Positions 53,670-64,000 of a stretch of 64,000 nt of DNA are shown here, in pieces (within the stretch, counting starts at the first letter, position 1; every line of letters starts with the position of its first letter). Origin of the DNA: Mobula hypostoma (Eukaryota); NCBI RefSeq assembly GCF_963921235.1, contig NC_086108.1, forward strand, positions 41,914,001-41,978,000. The letters run 5' to 3'. The notes below the pieces were generated by a model, which saw nothing but the letters and a program-made list of their open reading frames with translations, searched no databases and was not told the origin of the DNA. The translations under genes were made by a program, and so were the position numbers.

Positions 53670-54430
53670 TTCAAGTTCAAGTTCGAGTTTATTGTCATCT
53701 GCCTGTATATATATACAACTAAACGAAACAACATTCCTCTGGGCCACATTGCTCCCACACAACATATATCACACACACTACATAAACCAAAATACTATAC
53801 TATCATTTCCTCATTATGTGCTGTGTTATATGATGTTGGCAATCATGGTGACTATGATGTTCTTGGCAAATCTTTCTACAGAAGTGGTTTGCCATTGCCT
53901 GCTTCTGGGCAGTGTCTTTACAAGATGGGTGACCCCAGCCATTATCAATGCTTTTCACAGAGATAACCAGGACTTGTGATACGTGACCACCCAACCCCTG
54001 CTCCCGTGGCTTCACGTGACCCTGATCGGGGGTGTGGGGCAAAAGCAGGTGCTACTCCTTGTCCGAGGGTGAGCTGCAGGCTAGCGGAGGGAAGGAGCAC
54101 CTTACACCTCTTTCGGTAGAGATGCATCTCCACCCTGCCATCCAAGTTATACTACAAATAAGTTAGAATGTAGTCAAGCAGAGCACAGGTAAACAGTAGA
54201 CAGCTTGCTGTCCTAATGACGAGACCTCGATGATGGCAGAATATTTGTTCATCTCACAACCTTGGGGAAGAAGCTGCTACCCTTTATGGTCATCCTAGTT
54301 CTGATGTTCCTGATGGTAGTGAATCAAAAAGATTGTGGGATGGGTAGTAGGGTTCCCCAACAATGCTTTGGACCCTTCGTATAAACTCGTCCCCATAAAT
54401 GACACAAATGGGGGAGGGAGCAGCTTTTAC
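53670..54430 (-). mobile_element. Rex1-like 3' fragment interrupted by a SINE-like insert
   Basis: Reversed tail ttcaagttcaagttcgagtttatt; gggaagaagctg..ctgatggtag ORF-end sequence after 54260. Confidence 0.6.
53803..54147 (-). mobile_element. RTE-tailed SINE-like insertion; TSD tatacta
   Basis: gaagtggtttgccattgcc resembles the reversed RTE/BovB-type 3' motif. tatacta at 53796-53802 and 54148-54154. Confidence 0.6.
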
Positions 54431-55090
54431 TGTCCTCTGTACCCAAGTACTAAGCTCACCTTGTCTCAGTACCCAAGTAGCTACAGGTGTTCACTGATAA
54501 AGATTTTATTCAACAAGTTTTTTTCTCTCTAAAATCACACCAAGATGCATTACTGCTCCTCATTTACGTGGCGTTGTGATGCAGATAGAGGATGTTCCAA
54601 ACACTCCTACTGAAAATAAAGATTCTCTTCGGTTAATCTTTCTGTGTTTACAAATCTGCTGCCTCATCAGCAGACTCTCGCCCCGATGAAGCGAGTCACA
54701 CTAAAGCCTATTTTCCTCACTATTCAATTCCCCACCATCGGTTCCCTCAATAGCTTCCAGGAACATGACTGTACTGAGCTGTGAAAAACATTACAGACAC
54801 TGTTACATTAGATAGGGCTCATAAGGTGTAAATGAGGTAAGAGCATAGAGGCAGAGCAGGGGAATGAATTATCAATTAGTACAGTGAAAAGCTTTGTTTT
54901 GCAAACCTTTCAGACAGATCATTCCATACACAAGTACATCGAGGTAGTACAAAAGAGAAAGCAATCACAGAATCCAGAATAGCAGGGGGTATTTCCCTGA
55001 GTGTAGACCCTCGATCATGTGATGCCATATTGTGCCTGCAAATATTCACGTTTCATGTTAATAGCTTAAAAAAACAGTACGACAAACCAT

Positions 55091-55301
55091 GCAACACACA
55101 TCAAAGTTGCTGGTGAACGCAGCAGGTCAGGCAGCATCTCTAGGAAGAGGTACAGTCGACGTTTCAAGCCAAGACCTGCCGAAGGGACTTGGCCTGAAAC
55201 GTCGACTGTACCTCTTCCTAGAGATGCTGCCTGGCCTGCTGCGTTCACCAGCAACTTTGATGTGTGTTGCTTGAATTTCCAGCATCTGCAGAATTCCTGT
55301 T
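55091..55301. mobile_element. Young fold-back Penelope-type element: 83-bp arms (81/83), 14-bp TSD
   Basis: Arms 55091-55173 and 55188-55270, 14-nt loop, 31-nt 3' extension. TSD gtacgacaaaccat (55077-55090) / gtatgacaaaccat (55302-55315). Confidence 0.9.
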
Positions 55302-57652
55302 GTATGACAAACCATGTTTGCTGGTAATACCTAAAATATGAGGGAAAGAGGGTTTTAATTCATCTGGCCACTTGCAACATCAACATTTCTTCAGGCAGTA
55401 CATGGTCTGCCTCATGGGCCTGGCATTTAATCCAGATAAGGGTGGCAGCTTTCCTGCCCTGAAGGCGTTTACAACAGTCCTATCACTTCTAGATTACTGA
55501 CAATGGCTGTTTATTTTTATTTAATTACTCCAATTCCATTTCCCAGGTGTTGCTCCAGGACTTGACACATATCTCTGATCCAGGCTTCAAGAGACATGAG
55601 CTCGAGCCCCTCTCCCTCCATGCCACTCATGTAATCGACCAAGATGAGTGGCAAAGAGAATGCGGTGCTACGGATGGGCTGGGTGAGGGAGGAAGGCAGT
55701 AGCAGAGAGGTGCAATGTGGAAAACGTGAAAATATTCATGTTGGTGGAAAGAATGGAAAATCAGAATACTAACTGAAACACAGAGGAATCAAATTGTGTA
55801 CAGAGGGGTATTGTTGCGTTGGTTTGAAGACGCAGGTTCAACAAATGATTACAAAGAGAAATGATGCACTAGCCTTTATTGTCATGATTAACATAAAACA
55901 ATACAGAACAGTACAGGCAGTTCAGACCACCATGTTGTGCTGACCCCTTTAAACTACTCCGAGATTAATCTAACCCATCCCTCCCACATAATCCTTCATT
56001 TTCCTTTCATCCATCTGCCTATCTAAGAGTCTCTTAAATGTCCCTAATGTATCTGCCTCTACTTCCACTGCACTCAGCAGTGCATTCCATGCATTTAACA
56101 CTCTTAGTGTAAAAACCTGCCTCTGACATCTCCTCTATACTTTCCTCCATTCATCTTAAAATTATGTCCCCTGGTTTTAGCTATTTCCACCCCGGGAAAA
56201 AGTCTCAGGCTATCCACTCGATCTATGCCTCTTACCAGCTTGTACACCTGTCAAGACACCTCTCATCCTCCTTTGCTCCAAAGAGAAAGCCCCAGTTACT
56301 CATCCTATCCTTGTAAGACACGCTCTCCACCATCTCCAAAGATTCCACATCCTTCCTATAATGAGGCGGCCAGAACTAGGCATAATACTCCAAGTCTAGA
56401 CTAAGCAGAGCAGCAACACTACTTTGCGACCCTTAAACTCAGTTCCCCGACTAATGAAGGCCAACACGCCATACACCTTCTTAACTATCGTATCAACTTG
56501 AGCAGCAACTTTGAGGGATCTATAGACATGGACTCCAAGATCCCTTTATTCTTCCACACTGCTAAGAATCTTGCCACTAACCTTGTGCTCTGCCTTCGAG
56601 CTTGATCTTCCAAAGTGCATCACATCACACCTCTCCAGCTGAACTCCATCTGCCACTTCTCAGCCCAACTCTGCACCTCCACAATGTCCCATTATAACCT
56701 ACACATTCCACAACACCTGCAAACTTACTAACCCACCTTTCCACTTCCTCATCTAAATAATCTATAAAAATCACCTCCTCTAGTCTGCTGGTACTGCTCC
56801 TGTGGCCACCGAGGATCCAGGGATCATTGCCAGATCATGGCTTCATGTATTGATCAATGTTGTAAGTTATTCATCCTCGTTCCTGATACTGCTCACATGA
56901 AAGTTAATGCATTTCAACCCATCCAACTGACTGTAATCATGCCCTATCCACTTTCTAACCTTCCTCACAGTTTCCCCACACACTGCATCTACCTTTACAC
57001 CAACTGCTCCATCCTCTGACCTCGCACCCTGGTTTCTGTCCCCGTCAATCCAGCTTAAACCCTTTCCAACAGCTCTAGCAAATCTGCCTGCAAGGGCACT
57101 GCACCCTCTCAAGTTCAGGCGTAACCCATCCCTTTTTATACAAGTCATACTTTCCCAAAAGAGATCACAATGATCTACAAATCTGAAACTCTGCTGCCTG
57201 CACCAGTTTTTCATCCACATATTCAATTATCATATCATCTTATTGTTACCCTCACTGGTATATGGCACAGGCAGCAATCCAGAAATGACTACCATTGAAA
57301 TCTGTGTTTCAACTTCCTACCTAGATCCCAATATTCTCTCTTCAGGACCTCATCCCTATCTATATTGTTGGTACCAATGTGAACACCCCCCCCCACCCAC
57401 TTAAAAATGTTGCGGACCTGATCTGAGATGTCCCTGACCCTGGGACCTGGGAAGAAACATAGCATCTGGAAGTATCTTTCATATCCACAAGATCTCCTGT
57501 CTGTTCCCCTAACTATTGAATCCCCTATCACCACCCCACCCCACCCCCCACTCTCCTTCACTCTGAGCCACAAAGCTAGTCTCCATGCAGAGACCTGGAC
57601 ACTAGGGCTTTCAACTCCACCCCCCACTACTCCCAGTAACCAAAATGGTATA

Positions 57653-58550
57653 CAGTCAGCCCTCCTTATCCGCGAGGGATTGCTCCCGGGACCCCACACG
57701 GATACCAAAAAACGCGGATGCTTAAGTCCCTTATTCAACCTGTCTCAATGCGGTGGACCTTAGGACCCAGCGGAACCCTAGACCTTATTTAACCTGGCTC
57801 AGGGCGGTGGACATCAGGACCCAGCGGCAGAGCTCTGAATCTGCAGTGTTTCTGTTCATGAAAATAATCACGATCACGATTGAAAATAAAGTGGAAATAA
57901 TAAACCGATCGGAAAGAGACGAAATGCCATCGGTCATTGGAAAAATGTTAGGCTACAGTCGGTCAACAATCAGAACAATTTTAAAGGATAAAGTGAGAAA
58001 GGCCCTGCCCCAATGAAAGCTACAATTATTACTAAGCAATGCAGTGGTTTAATTATTGGGTTTTGGTTTTTTGATCATCCACATCAACCCGGCACGGATG
58101 GAGAGTGTGCTCGGGAGCGGTCTGTCACTGGATCGAACTCAGCACTGAAACATCCGTTTCTTAAGTGTTTTATATGCATAGAATGGTAAAATATATACTA
58201 TATACTAAGACAAACATTCGACTAACTGATGCTAAATAGTACCAGATGTACCTGTTCCGACTTACTTAGTAAGAGAACTTGCAGGTTTTTTTCGATCCCG
58301 ATCCACAATAACCTACGCACATCCTCCCATATACTTTAAATCATCTCTAGATTCCTTATAATACCTAATACAATGTAAATGCTATGTAAATAGTTGGTAT
58401 ACAGTACTGCATTGTTTAGGGGATGATGGCAAGAAAAAAAAGTCTGTACATGCTCGAACAACAAGTGCTGGAAGAGCACTTCCGGGTTTTCTCAATTCAC
58501 AGTTGGTTGAATTTGCGCATGCGGAACTCGCGGATAAGGAGGGCTGACTG
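57653..58550 (+). mobile_element. Tigger/pogo-type DNA transposon deletion derivative (898 bp)
   Basis: Perfect 24-bp TIR cagtcagccctccttatccgcgag, TA TSDs, and a CENP-B-type HTH fragment ITIENKVEIINRSE..IGKMLGYSRSTIRTILKDK (ORF 57753-58016). Confidence 0.95.
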
Positions 58551-58745
58551 TACTTTTACTGAGGAGAACAGCCACAGGGGTCATATGCACCATCCACCAA
58601 TTCACTTTCCCTCTCCTGACCATCACCCAGCTACCTGTCCTGCAACCTCGGCCCTATAGCTCCTACCTATCACCCTCTCATTCTCTCAACTGAGCCATTG
58701 GTCTTGCAGCTGCAGCTCCATCTCTCTAACACGATCTGTAATGAG

Positions 58746-59617
58746 TGTCACGTGACTGGCAACAATGAATATAGAATTGAGTCAGGTTTTATAAACAAAT
58801 AACCATTTATTAAACTCTGCTCAATATTAGTAAAAAGATAAGCAAACGAAAACCTTAACCGGAAGTAAACTGCTATGCGGCCATTTAACAAACCACCAAA
58901 CTCAGTACTAGTTCTTAAAGCGGTAAATGCGAACGCAGTCTTAAAGTGGTAAATTAGAACACAGTTCTTAGAATGGTAAATTTGAAAGTCCAAGATATTT
59001 ATACAGTCAATTAGGAGAGACTTTCCTGAAGTAAAGAATCCCTCGAAGACACGACGTTACTGCCGATCCCAGCCGGAACCTGCCTTGTCCGCAGGATTCA
59101 CGACGACAGAAATAAAACGGTTTAAAGGCACTGACCTTTTTCTCTGTAGGATAGACGAGGTACTGCACAACCTTTTCTGCTGCTTTTATCAGAAGTTATC
59201 TTATACAGATCACTCTTTCTTGAACGAATTCAATAATGGTCGATCCTCCCCAAAACCACAGAACGACTCCTTCAGGTTCCCATCTTCACTCTCCAATACT
59301 ACTGAAAAGATTCATCAACAAACCTGGCAGCGATTGGTGAAACTACCAGCCCAACATTTCTGTACCTTACAATTGAAAGTAAAACTCCGTTTTAAAACTA
59401 CACCGCATCATGAGACTAATACGCAGCGTAGCGGAGTATCTGATGGACGATCTAACTGAAAACTAACTGCATCACCAGAGGTCTACCCTCGTATACCTTG
59501 TGAGAACAGGTCATCACATGATCTCACATTGGCGGGAAAATTACATCATGTGACCTCCGCAAGACCATTACATCATCCTGATAAAACAGTCACAAAATAT
59601 CCATGAAGTACGTAACA
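58746..59617 (-). mobile_element. Solo LTR, 872 bp, Gypsy-like 4-bp TSD
   Basis: TGTCACGT...ACGTAACA termini (7/8 inverted), flanks tgag/ggag, minus-strand AATAAA at 58806-58811. Host CR1 ORF1 is continuous across it. Confidence 0.85.
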
Positions 59618-60169
59618 GGAGTTGTAGCTGGATGCACCACACAGATGGCGGTCTCCCAGATCTCCCACATCTTGCATGAAGAACACATCTCCACTCTTGC
59701 TACGCGATAAAGAAAGAGAAATTTAACAGAACCGTCACCCGAGCCTCCACCTCTTCTCACTGAAGCCTCAGTACCCCACTCTAACTCAGTCCTACTCACA
59801 TAATGGCCACTCCACTTAAACATCATTTCTTTTAATCAACCCTTACCAATTCCCTTATCAATTTACAACCAAAGGAACAGAATTAGAATGTATAGGCCAA
59901 GATCTCCTACTGAGATTAAAATTAGATTTTATTTCTGAAGAAGAGTCTCAAGCCAAAAACTCAAGTGGTTATTCATTTCCATAGATGTTGCCTGGCCTGC
60001 AGAATTTTTCGTGTTTAGCTTTTATTTTTATGCATCAAGGTTTGACCTACATACATATAGAAGGCTTTATTTGCCATGGAGATACTGCACTATTATTCTA
60101 CTGAACATATCCACTGATAAGGGGAGCTATCCTCAAAGACTGAGTGAATAATACTTGGCTTACAGAGCT

Positions 60170-60570
60170 CAGAAGCCGATAATTATGGTGGAGAAGGTGC
60201 AGAAGAGATTTGTTGGGAGAGACTACAGCTGCTTTCCTAGGAGTAGCAGATTCTCAAGGATACAAATTGTGAAAGGGGCAGATACAGTATACAGCAGGAA
60301 ACCTTTCTCCCCACCATAGAGGTTTCTAAGAGCAGAGGGCATAGGTTAAAGGTGAGGAACAAGAGATTCAATGGATTTGAGGAAATAGTTGACAGCTAAA
60401 GCCCACAGCCTGAGAAGGATAAACACTCAAGAAGCACCTGGATAAGCTTCTGAATTGCCAAGATATAATTTGCTACAGATCAAGTCATAGTAAACAGGGT
60501 TTTGTTTAGACAGGTACTTGATAATTGGCATAAGGGCCTGTTACTATGCTTGAAACTCTATGATTCATGA
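60170..60570 (+). mobile_element. Decayed CR1 3' fragment
   Basis: ggagaaggtgcagaagagattt and agagggcataggttaaaggtgag motifs, tail ctatgcttgaaactctatgatt. Confidence 0.6.
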
Positions 60571-61339
60571 GAGTAACGACTGAAGCAGTAAACACAGAAA
60601 AATCATTTGCTTTAGCTACAGAATCTAGAAAGGAAAAAACAGAAGATCAGGGATCAGCCATTTAGGTTGTAGATAGTTATAGGTCTTGACTTCATCCATC
60701 TGATCCGCTGATAACTGAGCACATGCCAACAGTCAAAGCTCAGAAGATGAAACGCTAAGGAAGGATATCAGATGAAATGGCAATCAGGGAGGCAAAATGG
60801 ACCAGGATCTATACTGATATTAAATGACAGTAGAGAAGGCACTAGATTGCCTTTAACCTTTACAACACTGTGTTCTTAAATCAACCAGCTCTGAGAGCAA
60901 TGAAATGTAGTGGTTATGGAAGAATGCACTATTCACTGCCAACCCTTTGGTAATCTTTTTCCAAAGATTGTGAAAGAAGACATGTGACCAACTTCTGTTA
61001 CTCATTTCTTTGCCACAAAATCAGGATCTTCAGTAAACATGTTTGTTTTAAACATTTATTGAAAACCTAAGCAAAAAAAAATGGACATCACAGCAAGAGG
61101 ATAAATTTACTGATCGGATTCACAATGTTGCAATGCCTGTTTTTTTGGCGAACGTTCCACTTGTCTGAATTTACTCCACACTGTATATGCGATGATTTTT
61201 TTGTCCGGATTCTGCTTTCCAGTGGTGTCCAAAGTATTTATTAATTAATGGTGATTTGCTTCTCAGTAAGAGAAAAGGCACCATCTTGGGGGCATTTCAA
61301 GTTAATGTTTTCACTTTACCTCAAAAACATATCAAAATT

Positions 61340-61650
61340 CTAAGCTGCAGAACTGAGGGATTGCTGTATTGTCTGAGCATCATCTTACAGATACAATGCC
61401 AAAAGCAATGCCCCATCTGCATTTTTGAGTGAAATATAAAGGATCCAATATCATTATTTCAGATAGGAGCAAATGATCTTTTCCCTTCTGTCCTAGAAAG
61501 TACTCATCCATCAGCAAGCTCACTACATTTGTTTTAAAGGTCATTATTTAATGAATGCTGTTCAAGAAATGCCCTTGCCTTCTTCGTTGGCTTTGGGATG
61601 TGTTGATGTTGTCAAAAGTCTGCTCTTTCATGACAAGTTCAATTAAATCA
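61340..61650 (+). mobile_element. DeuSINE-like relic
   Basis: actgagggattgctg..taaaggatcc..ggtcattatt shows weak similarity to the Deu SINE body and to 12350-12750. Confidence 0.4.
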
Positions 61651-64000
61651 CAGTAGCTTACTATCTTTTGTTTACACTGTGTTATTGATAGCACAAAATA
61701 TTCTTGTCACAGTAGTGAATCAGCGTTTAATGTAATTCATTCCAATTAGCCAAGGTATTTGGCTAGCTCACTAGTGTTACAGTTATTTAAGAAGATAGTG
61801 GAGTTTCCACAATTACAAAAGAAGAAACGCCTGACATTAAGGAATAATAGAATAATAGCATTGCATTTTATAATCTCAGTGCAAGACTGAATAAATATCT
61901 GCAAAACCACAGAAAGTATATGCGGCGAATGAGAATGGCATTCATTGAACAGGAAATTAGAGCTGTGAGGGAAGTGGAAACAGTTCAGTTATTCAGTGGG
62001 ATCTAACATTGAAAACAATCTCAGTATTCTGCATGTAGAAAGCTGCATTTCAAATTGTGCTTTGGGCATATACGAAGCTCTGGTTAGCATACCAAATCAG
62101 TAAACACAAATGGATTTATTCTTTTTATAAAACAACATTGAATCTTCATCTGCCATTTTAAAAGGCTGGAGTTTTAATCCTTTGACAAGAGTTCATAGTG
62201 GATTAAAAAGAACAACTGAGCTGGGACTGACCTAAACCATAAATCAGTGACGGACACTAATTTTAAAATCCTGTGTATAAGAATAAAATTTAACTGCCTC
62301 TCCAAAAAAAAATCAATTCCAACAATTAGAACGCCACATTCAAAATGCAAAGATGATGAAAGAGGAATCAGTAGTATAAGTTCTAAATATCCAAAGTTTC
62401 CAAAATAACGTAAACCTGAATGTCAGTTTCAACCAAATATCTGAGGTCATATCAACTAGTTGACACTTACTGATATATTCACAAATACACTGTTGATGAA
62501 GCTAAAGTTCTTAAGATTTGCTTTCAATCCAAATTTTTTAAAAACTGTTTTTGAGTGTATAATTGGTTTCATGGAAGTCACACTTTGAACGAAAGAACTG
62601 TCAGCAAATGTCAAAGTTACAGACAACATGTAACCATTTCTCAAGAAGTCAAGTGAGGTATGTTAGATGCTCAGCTTCATTCGATCCACAAGCACATATG
62701 CAATGAACAAAAACCTCAGTCTCTTAATGGTGTACTTAATTTGGAGAAAAAGTTTCAAAGCTATTTCAATACTAAATTCTTTTAGTTTAATATGAAGAAT
62801 TATGAGGTCCTTTAACATTCTTAATCTTGTGGCAAGTTCTCTGTGTGTTCCTTTGAAAGCAAAGATATACCGTCCACTCCTTGTATTGTTCAATGAGGAC
62901 ACATGTCTGCTACATCAAGAATTGTTATTAGGAATTATCAAGCAGGTTTGAGAATAATCTGTAATCTATATTTACCATGTTCTACCTAATCAGCTGAAAA
63001 TAAATGCAGGAGAATATACAATTCCAATAGGAAACAACAGTATTTTGTTCATCTCTGTTATTAACCTTAGTTAAATGGTAACAATATCTTAATCTCCCTA
63101 TGTAAATACTAGCATTTCAGTTTGGAGTTTACGTATATTTTTAACGTGTTCAGCCAATAAACTCTTAAGAATGGCAATAAATATATTGTTTTATTTTAAA
63201 TAGAAATAAATGAAAAACAAATGTAAAAACTTGAACAAAATAGAAAAATGAACAAGGAAATAACCTCAAAAGTACTGCATTAGATATTTATGTTCCCATT
63301 ATAAATGAACAATGTTGCCAGTTGCGCCTCCTAACCTTACCCAGTACACAGAATGATGTTCCGTGGACACATACAGCAATAGTCTCAGATTCGGGCAATG
63401 AAGAAAGTAACAACTAAGTGGCAAGAAATTCTTCAGGTATACATTAACAGATTATCGAAATTCAGTAATCCAATCTGGGTGTTCCAGACAGCAATCATGA
63501 TTTGCCCTCAACTGGATTACTGCTTTGTAGTAATTCATCTGCAGGTATCCATTATCCTCTTCAATACACACACTATCTACAAAGTACTGCTAATGGGCTC
63601 TGCAACAATTAGGAAGGTCACAGACACTTGCGAGGTGATCCTGTTAAAGCTAGCAAACAAAATTATTTTATTGTTCAAAATCTCTATGTCTATTAATGAA
63701 CAGCTGAGGTCCACTATAAAGTAGTCGTAGGGTTGGTAAGAACTTTCAAATGATTAACATCCTGAATAAGCGCACATCAATTTTTTTTTTGCAGAACGTA
63801 GCACACAAAACAGAGCACGGAAATTATCTCTGCCACATTACCACACCAATGCTTAACTTGCCCTACTATTGTAAAAGCAGCATTACCCCACGTTACATTG
63901 CCAATGTCTCGGAGAAGGCAAGTAATCACCACCTCTCTAATTGTTTAGTCAATCACTTTACTCAACTTTGGCAACTTCCATAAGTCAGCAAAAAGCAACG

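Larger units (their letters stand above)
55900..59830 (-). mobile_element. CR1 LINE retaining ORF1 relics, large ORF2 deletion near 56770, hosting Tigger and LTR insertions
   Basis: ORF1 Cys motif CSSCKMWE (59590-59826), SGNH-esterase blocks VIGDSIVRG and HIGTNNI (57289-57738) and RDGLRLN (56867-57226). Reversed RT C-terminus and tail at 55900-56760. Confidence 0.85.

Noticed and set aside
55066..55274. Near-identical ORFs on both strands
   Set aside because: A direct consequence of the palindromic element.
62456..62902. Two adjacent minus-strand ORFs with a gtaagt donor near 62466
   Set aside because: No recognisable homology and no clear acceptor; within chance expectation.
63461..63482. 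Resemblance to miR-26 (ttcagtaatcca)
   Set aside because: A base is missing in the seed region and the 3' half does not match UUCAAGUAAUCCAGGAUAGGCU.
1..64000. CRISPR arrays, prokaryotic operons, rRNA or tRNA genes
   Set aside because: The DNA is eukaryotic and repeat-rich. I saw no regularly spaced repeats or intact structural RNA genes; tRNA-like bits are SINE heads.

Overview
Vertebrate genomic DNA, AT-rich and dominated by transposable elements. The repeat set (CR1 LINEs with short tandem tails, Rex1/Babar LINEs, V-SINE and DeuSINE-like SINEs, palindromic Penelope relics) resembles a cartilaginous fish, probably a ray; this is my inference, not a search result. I recognise no intact host gene. 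Almost every protein-like ORF is a broken LINE fragment (RT, APE endonuclease, or ORF1 SGNH esterase). Well-supported structures: a three-level nested LINE stack (2.7-8.5 kb), a Tigger/pogo element with perfect 24-bp TIRs, a Tc1-like element split by a Rex1 insertion, two solo LTRs, a Charlie MITE, and an internally deleted bipartite Rex1 element. The most interesting signals are (i) short fold-back Penelope-type elements carrying decayed minimal type I hammerhead ribozyme motifs, one an 83-bp near-perfect hairpin with a 14-bp TSD, and (ii) a chain of minus-strand splice-bounded segments, including a 416-nt decayed-looking coding exon, which may mark an unannotated transcript. Boundaries of old elements are approximate and family names come from motif recognition by eye.
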